Of a DNA stretch of 64,000 nt, positions 1 to 9,749 are shown in pieces. The stretch is from an uncultured delta proteobacterium (lineage in GTDB: Bacteria > Bdellovibrionota > FAC87 > UBA2466): contig CAVZSV010000004.1 in NCBI GenBank assembly GCA_963778115.1, positions 352,001 through 416,000 on the forward strand, in the 5' to 3' direction. The notes below the pieces were generated by a model that saw only the letters and a list, made by a program, of their open reading frames with translations, searched no databases and was not told the DNA's origin. Each line of letters opens with the position of its first letter. The stretch's first letter is position 1. Position numbers and translations under genes: made by a program.

Positions 1-834
1 GCCTTTGTGGTATTTGACGTCTCCATCCCCTTGGTTAGCCTCCTGAGGAATCGTCCCCTCAAATTCGCTAAACGTATATTCGTAAGGTTTTTGCATGATG
101 TGCGCTAAAACGTTCAGACGCCCCCGATGCGCCATTCCCGTGACCGCTTCTTGAAGCCCCAACGTAGCACCCTCTTCTATCAGAGTGTCCAGCATGGGGA
201 TAAGCGCATCGCCCCCTTGAAGGGAGAACCGCTTTTGGCCAATATATTTGGTATGGAGAAACTGCTCGAACTCTTCGGCGGCGATAAGAAGCTTTAAGAT
301 TCTCTTGGACTCTTCGGCAGAGAATTTCGGTTGGTTGTAAAGAGGCTCCATCCGCTCCTGCAACCAAGCCCGCTGCTCTTTATCGGGAATATCCATATAT
401 TCCACGCCCAATGTCCCGCAGTACGTCGTCTTAAGCTTTTCCACCAAATCCTTGAGCGTGCCATCGGTGGCCCCAAGAAATCCTCCACTTCCCACTTGCC
501 GATCTAGATCGGTATCGGAGTAGCCAAACTCTTTGATATCCAAAAGAGGTTGCGAAGGGCGGTTATTGCCCAGAGGATCTAAAGCCGCAACGAGATGCCC
601 CAACTCGCGGTACGAATGGACGAGATCGCCAGTGCCGTCGGATCTTCGTTGGGAGAGGGTCGCAAACTCGCCGGTCCCCCCTCCTCCTACTAGCGGTCGT
701 CCCAGTCCTATCTCGAAGCCGGCGAAAAACACCCGCCAGGTTTCCTCAACCGACTCAGGGTCCTTCTGGTACTGACTGTAAAGTTGCTCAATGTATTCGG
801 AATTGGCTCTATTGAAGAAATTGAGAAAATCCAT
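1..834 (-). CDS. sucA: 2-oxoglutarate dehydrogenase E1 component, 5' part (runs off window start)
   Basis: Manual translation from ATG 834: MDFLNFFNRANSEYIEQLYSQYQKDPESVEETWRVFFAGFE...KRFSLEGGDALIPML...GMAHRGRLNVL...GDVKYHKG. Confidence 0.95.
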   Translation of the reverse strand, partial: MDFLNFFNRANSEYIEQLYSQYQKDPESVEETWRVFFAGFEIGLGRPLVGGGGTGEFATLSQRRSDGTGDLVHSYRELGHLVAALDPLGNNRPSQPLLDIKEFGYSDTDLDRQVGSGGFLGATDGTLKDLVEKLKTTYCGTLGVEYMDIPDKEQRAWLQERMEPLYNQPKFSAEESKRILKLLIAAEEFEQFLHTKYIGQKRFSLQGGDALIPMLDTLIEEGATLGLQEAVTGMAHRGRLNVLAHIMQKPYEYTFSEFEGTIPQEANQGDGDVKYHKG

Positions 835-1041
835 AGGTTATTCTTACGACAAAAAGTCTTGTAAGCACAGTCCGGCATTCCCAGTCGAAGAGGGGTTGTC
901 GTGGACCCTCTCGCGCCGTCTTACCGGGGAAATGAAAACCCGCGGTAAAGTTTAATCATAACGGTAACTAAACGCCACTTATCCTTTTTTCAAGTGTTTT
1001 TGCGGCCCAATCTCAAGAATGCCCACATTAGTAGGGGGCGA

Positions 1042-2121
1042 TTAGGCGCGTATTGAAAGTCGAGAGGAAGAAAATCCAGCGGTCTTTAAGATCTCGTGCA
1101 ACCTATCCATATAGGTATGCTGCCCTTTGAGGAGCCGTTCATGTCCTCGACGCGCAACAGCGCGGCGGGCGGCCGGGTGGGCCAGGTAATAATTGATAAG
1201 CTCGCGAAGTTCGTCAGTAGACGAAAAAAGCACTATCTCCTTCTTGTCAGTAAAGAAGGATTGAATCTCCTCGTTGCGCGGGGCAAATTGCAACCCCCCA
1301 CAGGCTGCAACTTCAAAAGTTCTTTGGGTGTGAAGATCTTGGGCCTCTTCACGAAGAAGACCCAAAATGCACTTCGAATGAGAAAGTACGTCGGAGTATT
1401 CCAAAAAGTTGACCGGCCCGCCGTTTATCCGCTTACGTCTATCGGCGGAAAGAGGCGCGCGATTCCACCTGTCTCCCCAAACGTTAAGCCGGTGCCATCC
1501 TGCAGCCTCTAAAAGAGGGGCTCGGCTCTTGTCGTAAGTTCCTATAAACGTCACCTCAAATTCATCGGGCTTGTATCGGCTATATCTGTCGGGAATGGGA
1601 TGATGCACCGAAGGCTCATAGGCGGAAGGAATAAAAATGCTTTGGCTCTGGCCCAAAGCTTTGTAGGAAGCAACATTTTGAGATTTCGTCGTAAAGACAT
1701 AGTCGAAAGCGACGAGATTTTGGGAAAAATTCTTGGGCTTTAAGATACCCTTCGAAAAATTGTTATCATGGGAATGGTAGACCATCACCGGCGAAAATTT
1801 AGAAGCCTTTTTCATGGCGTTCAAGGTCTCGGCACTTATAAAATTTTGGCTCATGACAAAGATCAGATCAAACTGATGATTGCGGCACAGGCGCACTAAA
1901 TTGAGCTCCGCTCGACGCTGGTGGTGAAGCGACGGGCGTTTCGTTAACTTAACTCTTAGCGCATCCCGCCAATTGGACATTCGAAAAGGATCGGGATCAT
2001 AAGCATAAACCGCATAGCCCAGTTTTAGGAAATTCGTAAAGTAGTGCACCGCCGTCGAACTACCATCGGTAGTTCCCACATAGAGAACGCGGCAAAAAGA
2101 AGGTGGTCGATAAGTCTTCAT
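1042..2121 (-). CDS. CgeB/YkvP-like glycosyltransferase
   Basis: GT-B-like C-terminus (VTFIGT, QRTFEVAACGGLQ, HTYMDRL); ATG 2121 preferred over TTG 2148. Confidence 0.8.
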   Translation of the reverse strand: MKTYRPPSFCRVLYVGTTDGSSTAVHYFTNFLKLGYAVYAYDPDPFRMSNWRDALRVKLTKRPSLHHQRRAELNLVRLCRNHQFDLIFVMSQNFISAETLNAMKKASKFSPVMVYHSHDNNFSKGILKPKNFSQNLVAFDYVFTTKSQNVASYKALGQSQSIFIPSAYEPSVHHPIPDRYSRYKPDEFEVTFIGTYDKSRAPLLEAAGWHRLNVWGDRWNRAPLSADRRKRINGGPVNFLEYSDVLSHSKCILGLLREEAQDLHTQRTFEVAACGGLQFAPRNEEIQSFFTDKKEIVLFSSTDELRELINYYLAHPAARRAVARRGHERLLKGQHTYMDRLHEILKTAGFSSSRLSIRA

Positions 2122-2273
2122 CCACCTTACGTGTCGGCGCTGCGTCAAAGAATCTTAACGCGGCGTTCATGGAGTTTTCTTCACAATCTGGTGCCGAGCC
2201 AACTAAGCGTGTAGAATTTTAGAACCCTTCCGATATTTCATCTGAACAAAACGTTTTTTGAGGAGACCCCCAA

Positions 2274-3101
2274 ATGAGAAACTGGTTTCTTGGCTTATGG
2301 ATACTACTGAGTCTTTCGGCAATCACTTTAAAGGCGGCTGAACCGAACGCATTAACCCCCTTTGGTGACAAATTAAGCGATCCTGGTCGAGGGGTCCCTC
2401 AGGAGATTCAAGATGCCATTGCGAAACATGAACAGGCCAAGCAAGCGGCGCAAGAAAAGATCGATGCCTTAGACATCATGATAGATCACTATGCTACTGG
2501 TTACGACGAGTTAGCGGACAAGTATAACGACCGAAAAACTAAGATCGAAGCCTTACCGGAAGGGGAGGAGAAAAAACAACGGCTAGAAAATCTTAAATCC
2601 ACCGAGAGACAGTTAGAAAAGATGCGGGGGGCCATCGAGCAAGTTAAAGAGCAGGCAAAAGTACAAGAGAAGCTGAAAGATCAAGCGGATGCGGATTTAA
2701 CAAAAGCCAAGGAAAGCGAAACGCGATCCAAAGATCCTGCCGCAATCATGGCCGATCTTAGAGATAAATTCGACAACATGGATCTCAAAACGCGCTTTGA
2801 TAAGTTAGAGATCAAAGGTTTGAGTTTGGAAGAAAAAATTGAAGCTTTAGAACGGGAACTCGATCAGTCCATCATGGGTGCCTACGTCCGAGAAAAAATT
2901 ACCCGAGTGCTGACCTCAGAAGCGCTTTGCGAAGCGACCAAACTGTGCGGAAAACACATGAGCCCCGAAGAAAAGAGAAAAGCTCTTGAAGCCGACATCA
3001 GCCAAATGTTTCATGACAACGAAGGCAATTTAGGGCGGCATTTGAATGGTTCGCACGTAAACGCTCCTGATCATTCGGCCCAGGAAACCGCACCTCACTA
3101 G
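2274..3101 (+). CDS. Secreted coiled-coil hypothetical protein (possibly frameshift-fused to next ORF)
   Basis: GAGGAG RBS, signal peptide, long E/K/Q-rich helical region. Confidence 0.75.
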   Translation: MRNWFLGLWILLSLSAITLKAAEPNALTPFGDKLSDPGRGVPQEIQDAIAKHEQAKQAAQEKIDALDIMIDHYATGYDELADKYNDRKTKIEALPEGEEKKQRLENLKSTERQLEKMRGAIEQVKEQAKVQEKLKDQADADLTKAKESETRSKDPAAIMADLRDKFDNMDLKTRFDKLEIKGLSLEEKIEALERELDQSIMGAYVREKITRVLTSEALCEATKLCGKHMSPEEKRKALEADISQMFHDNEGNLGRHLNGSHVNAPDHSAQETAPH

Positions 3102-3204
3102 TGGCGGAGGGCCGGTAGACGCGGGTAATCCGGCTTCTCCCACAGCTCCTGACAGCCCCAACTTTGGTGACGGAGGAGGTGATCCAAGCGAGCCTCCCCC
3201 GCTT

Positions 3205-3609
3205 ATGGCAGGTCCGACATCGCCGACGCAAGCCAGTCCTTTAACTCCGACGACACAGCCGGAAGCGCAAACGGCCGATAAAAGAGAATGTCTTAGGTAC
3301 GATCACGCTTCGTTTGAAATGGAAGTTCCTAAAAACGCCCAGGTCCGCGTTCAAGGAAAGCCTATGGGCCATCGAGGAGGAAAGGTCTCATTTTCGTCTC
3401 CCCCAATGGAGCCGTGCAAGCCCTTTCGTTACGAAATTACCGTGCAATGGCCTGTGCCTAAGTACACGAACTACCCTTGCGGTATGTTAGGACGCGCCCG
3501 ATCGTGGGGTCGCTTCTCCTGCCAATACGTGTCTTGGCAGTGGAAAACGGAAACCCTTAAACCTGAATTTGAGGCGAGTAACAAACCCGTGCAACTCGTT
3601 GTCCGCTAA
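3205..3609 (+). CDS. TIGR03000-like domain protein
   Basis: FEMEVPKNAQVRVQG...FSSPPMEPCKPFRYEITVQW resembles the Planctomycete TIGR03000 domain; frame is open upstream to 3061. Confidence 0.6.
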   Translation: MAGPTSPTQASPLTPTTQPEAQTADKRECLRYDHASFEMEVPKNAQVRVQGKPMGHRGGKVSFSSPPMEPCKPFRYEITVQWPVPKYTNYPCGMLGRARSWGRFSCQYVSWQWKTETLKPEFEASNKPVQLVVR

Positions 3610-3857
3610 TCGGTTTCGTGATTCTCAATCTCCACAAGCTCGTCGGGAATTACCTCCCCGTAAGGATGAACTACCGAGATGCGGATCTTCTGCCCCACCC
3701 CTTGAGCTCCCGGATCGACAGCGCTTGCGGAATTTAGCTTTTCATGTGGCATTTTTAAAATTGTCGCATTGTCTTCAGGCAATGTTCCCGAGGCATTTGC
3801 GACATCTTTTCCATGTAGATGAGTCTGTTCCTGCGAAAGAATATTTTTCTTAGCCAT
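3606..3857 (-). CDS. Small hypothetical protein
   Basis: 83-aa ORF with AGGAG RBS. Confidence 0.55.
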   Translation of the reverse strand: MAKKNILSQEQTHLHGKDVANASGTLPEDNATILKMPHEKLNSASAVDPGAQGVGQKIRISVVHPYGEVIPDELVEIENHETD

Positions 3858-3922
3858 AGCACACTCCTAATAGCTAAGATCGGATGCAAAAACGGGTCCG
3901 AAGGCACGACAAGACATAGCAA

Positions 3923-3951
3923 AGCCCACCTCTTCAAAGAAGAGGCGGGCT
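3923..3951 (-). terminator. Intrinsic terminator hairpin
   Basis: agcccacctcttc-aaa-gaagaggcgggct downstream of the 3970..4452 gene. Confidence 0.6.
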
Positions 3952-3969
3952 CTTGCACCACATGAATAC

Positions 3970-4452
3970 TTACTTGCTCGCTAGAAGCTCGGAATCTTCT
4001 GCCGCTAATTTCTGCACAATCTTAATCAACTCGGCCGCTTCAGGAGCGGTATTGAGTGTCGGGTCCTGACAAAGAGTCGACTTCTCTAAAAGCACGCTGG
4101 AATTATCAGCCGAAAAGATCGTGAAGGTTCCCGAGATCGCCATACAGTGAATCTGGTGAACTTCGGTCTCAATCTTTCCCGTACGAGCGGCTTCAATTAA
4201 CGTATTAATGCGATCGATCTGATCGGTGGAAACGGAAGCGAAACTCTTGCGAGAAACCATGGCCCCTTTGGAATTAAATTCCGCGCGATAGACACTGCCA
4301 TCGCCTAACACACGAAACACCGACGTATTTATCGTCGAAGTGAACGAGGCTTTTGGCTCGGTGCGCATCTCAAGACGAACATCCTGACGTCCGAAAGCCG
4401 CCATGGCGTTAATGGCAAAGAACGACATTGCTAAAACTAGACTCTTTTTCAT
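3970..4452 (-). CDS. Secreted hypothetical protein
   Basis: AGGAG RBS, signal peptide MKKSLVLAMSFFAINAMA. Confidence 0.8.
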   Translation of the reverse strand: MKKSLVLAMSFFAINAMAAFGRQDVRLEMRTEPKASFTSTINTSVFRVLGDGSVYRAEFNSKGAMVSRKSFASVSTDQIDRINTLIEAARTGKIETEVHQIHCMAISGTFTIFSADNSSVLLEKSTLCQDPTLNTAPEAAELIKIVQKLAAEDSELLASK

Positions 4453-4505
4453 TTGGATCTCCTAAAAATTTTGCTGGGGAACCCATCATCCCCGATGGCC
4501 GCTAG

Positions 4506-4521
4506 TGCAACCGGCGTACCA
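4506..4521 (-). promoter_or_regulatory. Sigma-54 (-24/-12) promoter
   Basis: Minus strand TGGTACGCCGGTTGCA, GG-N10-GC, about 55 nt upstream of ATG 4452. Confidence 0.6.
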
Positions 4522-4544
4522 ATATTTTGAGATAGATTTTAAGG

Positions 4545-5939
4545 CTAATTCGGCGATGAGCCAGGGGCAGTGGGGCCGGTTCCATTTTGAACCGTAGTGC
4601 CAGATTGCTCGTCGTCTTCTGGAGGAATGTCGGCCGCAATCTCTTTGTACCTATCGTCGGAAATAGGGACCTGCCTTACATAGACTTGAATAGAACGATT
4701 ATTGTAATCGATAAGGACCGGGGCATTGTTATGGTGAAGAGGATTAAGCATTTCCCCTCGCCGGCGGGTTTGGTCAGCCTTTCCCAGATGGTAGCCATTC
4801 CCCAACGATCCCCTTAGCCATTCTTTGCGCTGGGGAACAATAATCTCTAGGCTTAGAATAGGAATCTCTTTCCCATAAGCATCTAGCATCCCTTCCCAAG
4901 TGCTTCTCAGTTGCTCGAGCGCTTTATTGACATCGACCACTTTGGACCAAGGAGCATAGAACTTTAGTTCGCGGATATGAGCTGCGAACACCCCTGGAGT
5001 GAGTTCTTCGAGAAATAAAAGATCCGCCGTAGGCTTAAAGCGATGGAGTCTGCCTTCGATCACACGGAATAGTCGTAAGAACAAACGAACGCTTTGGTCC
5101 CCGAGTCCCAATAAGATTTCTTCTGGCCGGTTTCGCTGCACCGCCCGAGCTGCCCACAGGTCGGCTTGGATCACCTTACGGAAATAATGAAATCGCCTAT
5201 TGTTGTTAAAACCAAGACCAAATCGAGAGAACTTTTCGGGAGTCGCTATAATCCCATCCTGAGCTAGTCGCTCAAAAGTATCTTTGCTTAACCTATCGGG
5301 GACCACCTCCCCCGTTTCAGAATTGTTAGTCAACCGGAGTTCGACGGCGGCCGTATTATTAAAGTCATCCCACTCATGACGGGCTCTTCGCTGGTTATGA
5401 TGCTGATCATAGCGGTAAGCGATATAAGCCATGCCACCCGCAAAGAACTCCAGATCGGTGTCTTCTCCGTCAACAGTGGGGACATCGGAAAGAGGAGATC
5501 GATTATGATGATAAAACATTTCAGTCACGTGAAACAGATCGTTAAAATTATTGATCCAAACTGTCGCCCCTCTCAGAAAATAGCTGGCGGTAAATTCCCC
5601 GTCATACAGTTTAGAGTTTCGGATCCGCCGGTGTAACATTTCGAAGGTCGATAACATTTTTGAGAAATACTGTTGAAACATCTCCGGCGTCACGCGCGCG
5701 TCTTTCAAGACCCGCTTTCTCATCGCTTCGTATTCGGTTCCGTTTTGCACGAAATAATCGACGAGCAGAGCCTGGTATTTCCCTACGTAATCCCTACACA
5801 GGCCGTCTGCCTTAGCTTTGGCCGCGGCCAAAGCCGCTTCCCGAGCCTCGAGCGCAAGCTCCGCCCGTTCAAACAGGTCCGGATGAGCCGAAACGGGCCC
5901 GGTAATCGCTAACAGGAATAGAGGTACTATGATCTTCAT
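4545..5939 (-). CDS. Secreted protein with putative C-terminal PD-(D/E)xK nuclease-like domain
   Basis: Signal peptide; KPTADLLF...IRELKF...KALEQLRST. Confidence 0.55.
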   Translation of the reverse strand: MKIIVPLFLLAITGPVSAHPDLFERAELALEAREAALAAAKAKADGLCRDYVGKYQALLVDYFVQNGTEYEAMRKRVLKDARVTPEMFQQYFSKMLSTFEMLHRRIRNSKLYDGEFTASYFLRGATVWINNFNDLFHVTEMFYHHNRSPLSDVPTVDGEDTDLEFFAGGMAYIAYRYDQHHNQRRARHEWDDFNNTAAVELRLTNNSETGEVVPDRLSKDTFERLAQDGIIATPEKFSRFGLGFNNNRRFHYFRKVIQADLWAARAVQRNRPEEILLGLGDQSVRLFLRLFRVIEGRLHRFKPTADLLFLEELTPGVFAAHIRELKFYAPWSKVVDVNKALEQLRSTWEGMLDAYGKEIPILSLEIIVPQRKEWLRGSLGNGYHLGKADQTRRRGEMLNPLHHNNAPVLIDYNNRSIQVYVRQVPISDDRYKEIAADIPPEDDEQSGTTVQNGTGPTAPGSSPN

Positions 5940-6089
5940 GGAGAACGAGGGGTATATGAATTTTGCCGCACTAAGTCAATCTGCAGAGGTGGCGTCGAGC
6001 CAGACAAATGCTAAATTAAGTGATATTAAATATTTAGCCATAGAAGTCTTAGGTCTGGCTGTGAAAAAATTGCTAAGCCGGAGGTCGAA

Positions 6090-6656
6090 ATGAAATCATT
6101 TCGTTTTTCCAAAAAATGGGCCTGTCTAGTCACCGCGTTCGTTGCGGTGGTAGTATTTTTCCCGATTTCGCTTTCCCTGGGAGTCGATATGTCGAACTAC
6201 AAAAAACCAAAGACTGACGAGATAAAGAAAAAACTCACTCCGTTACAATACGAAGTCACCCAAGAGGCGGGGACTGAGCGCGCATTTAACAACGAGTACT
6301 GGGACAACCACAAAGCAGGCATTTATGTGGACATCGTTTCGGGAGAACCGCTTTTTAGTTCTCTTGATAAGTATGAATCGGGCAGTGGCTGGCCTAGTTT
6401 CACAAAACCCATTGATAAGAGCAACATCGTCACAAAAGTCGACAAAGGTTTTTTCACTACGCGCACGGAAGTCCGTTCGAAACACGCCGACTCTCATCTG
6501 GGACATGTCTTTGATGACGGCCCCAAGAACGCCGGAGGAATGCGTTACTGCATGAATTCGGCGGCGATGCGATTTATCCCCGTAGAAAAGCTAAAAGAAG
6601 AAGGCTACGGCGAATATCTAAAACTCTTTGATCCAAAACCGTCTCAGAAAAAATAG
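6090..6656 (+). CDS. msrB: Peptide-methionine (R)-S-oxide reductase with N-terminal signal/anchor
   Basis: [32 protein letters not shown]. Confidence 0.96.
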   Translation: MKSFRFSKKWACLVTAFVAVVVFFPISLSLGVDMSNYKKPKTDEIKKKLTPLQYEVTQEAGTERAFNNEYWDNHKAGIYVDIVSGEPLFSSLDKYESGSGWPSFTKPIDKSNIVTKVDKGFFTTRTEVRSKHADSHLGHVFDDGPKNAGGMRYCMNSAAMRFIPVEKLKEEGYGEYLKLFDPKPSQKK

Positions 6657-6679
6657 GATCTCTTCTCAAGGAGAGTCAA

Positions 6680-7285
6680 ATGCTGTCACGAATGGTTTTC
6701 ATAGGCCTCTTACTTTGGCAGTCGTTGGTATTTGCGACTTCTGTGACTCAGGCTGCCAAACCGAATACCGCTCAGGCAACTTTCGCGGGAGGCTGCTTCT
6801 GGAGCATGGAGCCACCCTTTGTAAATTTGCCCGGAGTAAAAAGTGTGGTCGTCGGCTATACGGGCGGACATAAAGATAATCCCACCTACGAAGAGGTCTC
6901 CACCGGTCAGACTGGACATGTAGAATCGGTACAGATCACTTACGATCCCAAAAAACTAAAATACCAGACTCTACTCGACGTCTTTTGGAAGTCGATGGAC
7001 CCTACCGATAACGGCGGACAATTCGCCGATCGCGGGAGCCAATACCAATCCGTAATTTTTTATGCCGATAACGATCAAAGAAAGATGGCTGAGGCCAGCA
7101 AGGAGAAATGGATAAAGTCCAAAGTTTTCAAAAAACCCATCGTGACTCGAATCGTTGCCGCCACCACTTTCTGGCCGGCGGAGAAGTACCACCAGCATTT
7201 CTATAAGAAAAATCCAGAACGCTATCACCAGTGCCACGTCGGCTCGGGCCGCGGCCATTTCTTAGAATCGCTTTGGGGCAAGTAA
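6680..7285 (+). CDS. msrA: Peptide-methionine (S)-S-oxide reductase with signal peptide
   Basis: FAGGCFWSME, GYTGG, PTYEEV, AEKYHQHF. Confidence 0.95.
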   Translation: MLSRMVFIGLLLWQSLVFATSVTQAAKPNTAQATFAGGCFWSMEPPFVNLPGVKSVVVGYTGGHKDNPTYEEVSTGQTGHVESVQITYDPKKLKYQTLLDVFWKSMDPTDNGGQFADRGSQYQSVIFYADNDQRKMAEASKEKWIKSKVFKKPIVTRIVAATTFWPAEKYHQHFYKKNPERYHQCHVGSGRGHFLESLWGK

Positions 7286-7295
7286 AATTAAATCC

Positions 7296-7324
7296 CACAA
7301 GAAGGTAGGCCGTACCTTTCTGTA
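7296..7324. repeat. Dispersed imperfect palindrome, copy 1
   Basis: cacaagaaggtaggccgtacctttctgta; 25/29 identical to 11961..11989. Confidence 0.6.
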
Positions 7325-7411
7325 CTGCATATTTGAATTCAGGGCCGTACTTTTTTGTAGGTTGCGGGAAAGGCCAAATGGGCATATTCGTTTTAACTAT
7401 CGAGGTGGTTA

Positions 7412-7939
7412 ATGATGGTTAAATTCGCTCTGCTGCTCATACTGGTAATCGGCCAATTTGCTCAAGCTATCGTCGTTCCCTTCCCCATCGGCCCGAAAGG
7501 ACCGCATGGTGGAGATCTGATTCGAGCAGTTCCTAAAGGGCCGCATACGGAAGATCCTGGTTACTACGAAAAACTCTATTTTGAGATCGGTACCAATGAA
7601 GGGGAACTTATCTTCCAACCCTTTTTGGTAATGCCTAAAGATCACACTCTTGTTGTTCCCGGCATCGCATCCAGGGATTTAGCTCAATACCGAGTGGACG
7701 CCAGGTTCCCACAGACCAAGCGCGATATCACTCTTAACTCTTATTTGGCAAAAGGGGCCATTCGCGCTGTGTTCGGAGAAGATGAAAGGCGCCGTTTGGG
7801 AATGAAAATGGATGACCCTTTTATTGCTACCGTTACGGTAGTCCACGAAAAGATGTCAAAAGAAGCAGTCTTTAACGTCATTCCAGGGGAAGAGCCTCCG
7901 GCTGCGAGTCCGGCTCCTCAAGCGAAAAAACCTCGTTAG
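7412..7939 (+). CDS. Secreted hypothetical protein with GPHGG motif
   Basis: GAGG RBS, signal peptide, PKGPHGG/PKGPH repeat. Confidence 0.75.
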   Translation: MMVKFALLLILVIGQFAQAIVVPFPIGPKGPHGGDLIRAVPKGPHTEDPGYYEKLYFEIGTNEGELIFQPFLVMPKDHTLVVPGIASRDLAQYRVDARFPQTKRDITLNSYLAKGAIRAVFGEDERRRLGMKMDDPFIATVTVVHEKMSKEAVFNVIPGEEPPAASPAPQAKKPR

Positions 7940-8846
7940 TGGAAACCTGGCGGCCCCAGCGTTGAAAGAAAAACAAAGGAATGTCTCGACGGGGAACGGG
8001 CGGGGGATCTTCGAAAAGATTATCGACGAACCCATTTACCTCGTCCCTATTTCCTTGCCAAGGAAACCGTCCGGTCACTTCAATAAATCTCATGGTCACA
8101 TCTCGTTTTGGAGTGAACAGTCCAAGATTTCCCGCGACCACACCAGCGCCCCACGCAAAAAGCCTCCCCGTACTTTCAGGGGGACGACGTCTTCCGCTCG
8201 GACTAAACATACTACCTTCGAGTCCTTCCATTCGGACGATGACGACGCGGACTTGATCTTGCATCTTTCTTTCGCGCAGCCGTTCGATCAATTTAAACAG
8301 ACCACTTCTCCTGCCTATTCTGCCACCCACGGCAGCCGCCGGCCACTCCGCAATATTCTTGCCTGCTTCCAGGCTATCGGCAGTCTCGTCTAACTTACGC
8401 CGCGTCTGCGCTCGAAATTCTTGCCTCGCCATCTTTAGAGGATTCGGCATTCCGATCGGATCTAGTTCTTTAAGGATGATCGCGTGGGCATCTATTTCAT
8501 CCTGAAAAATCACAGGTCGCGGAAAGAAATCGTCATAGAGTTCTTCATAACTAAGGAGGGGATCCACTCCCCAGGTGGGATGAGAAATCAAAAAGAGGAT
8601 TCTCTTGTTTCCCTTGGCAAGAATCGGCCCAAATCCCGGAGTGATTTTTTCAGATCCATGCGAACTTATTTCTAACGTTTCCGTCGTTACGGGATAGCGA
8701 AAGAAACGAAGTCCGGCGGCTAATGTTTTTCCAAAGCGGATCTGCCAGCTGCACTTCGCCTGAACCGACGGAGCTTGCAAAAAGACCATTACCAACAGCG
8801 CGATTACGTGAATTCTACCCCTCATCCGACCGCTTATAACATGCAT
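7878..8846 (-). CDS. PlsC/Aas-like lysophospholipid acyltransferase with signal peptide
   Basis: LISHPTWGVDP (H...D motif), NIAEWP, GLEGSMFS. Confidence 0.6.
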   Translation of the reverse strand: MHVISGRMRGRIHVIALLVMVFLQAPSVQAKCSWQIRFGKTLAAGLRFFRYPVTTETLEISSHGSEKITPGFGPILAKGNKRILFLISHPTWGVDPLLSYEELYDDFFPRPVIFQDEIDAHAIILKELDPIGMPNPLKMARQEFRAQTRRKLDETADSLEAGKNIAEWPAAAVGGRIGRRSGLFKLIERLRERKMQDQVRVVIVRMEGLEGSMFSPSGRRRPPESTGRLFAWGAGVVAGNLGLFTPKRDVTMRFIEVTGRFPWQGNRDEVNGFVDNLFEDPPPVPRRDIPLFFFQRWGRQVSTNEVFSLEEPDSQPEALPLE

Positions 8847-9120
8847 AACGCATGGCGATAAAAGGAAATATGAGCGGTTTGCTCCTCGATTTTGCGATTT
8901 TTTTCATAATTGGGGGGGCTGTTCCACGGTATATTGCTTAGTGTAATAATGAGAAAGCACAAAGCTAAGACCTCAGTAATCATTAACCTTTTTTAAAATC
9001 GTCCGAGCACGGAAGTGAGACGTGGTTGCTTTGGTACGTACTATGAGAACGGAATCGATTGCGTTTGATTTATTGCGCAAACTTTTGCGGTTTTGATCTA
9101 CGGCACTCTTAAGGCCATGG

Positions 9121-9576
9121 ATGGACGGCATTGCAACTATCCGCCGAATTAAAGAGTTAGATCCGAATTTGCAGTGTGTCATCGTTACGGCCTATCAAGA
9201 CCGAAACATAGAGGAGATCGGTAAGATCTTTGGACCCGATTTTTCAGACCGCTGGGACTACCTCAGTAAGCCTTTCACTTCCGCGGAAATCACGCAAAAG
9301 GCTGTCCACTTAGTGGCGGGTTGGACGAAGCGAGAGCAGGAGAAGCGTTTACTTGAGCAGCTTGATCTAAAACAACAGCGGGAAGAATTGATCCGCGAAT
9401 TGATCAACGATGTCCTGGAAAGAGTTCAGCGTCAAATCACTCTCACCCAAGAGCAGAGCTCACCGGAAAAGATGAAACAGTGCTTGGAAACCATCTCAGT
9501 TCTTCTGGTCGAGGCCGAGCAACTCGTTCATGAAATTCTCGAACAGGCGCAGGCTCAGATTGAAGAAGCGGCCTAA
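9121..9576 (+). pseudogene. N-terminally truncated response-regulator receiver plus coiled coil
   Basis: MDGIATIRRIK...VIVTAY...YLSKPF; in-frame stop at 9094-9096 removes the phosphoacceptor Asp region. Confidence 0.6.
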
Positions 9577-9749
9577 TCATTAGTTAATTTAATCATTTAT
9601 TATCAAATAGTTAGGCGTTAGCATAATTCCCTAGCCCCCTTCTGCTAAGATACTTGTTAGAGGTACGTTAGCGCATAAAAGTAGTTTCCCTCGTAGCATC
9701 TTCCTTTATTTCAGTACCCTCTTAGCGAAACTCGTACGGAGGTCTTCTC

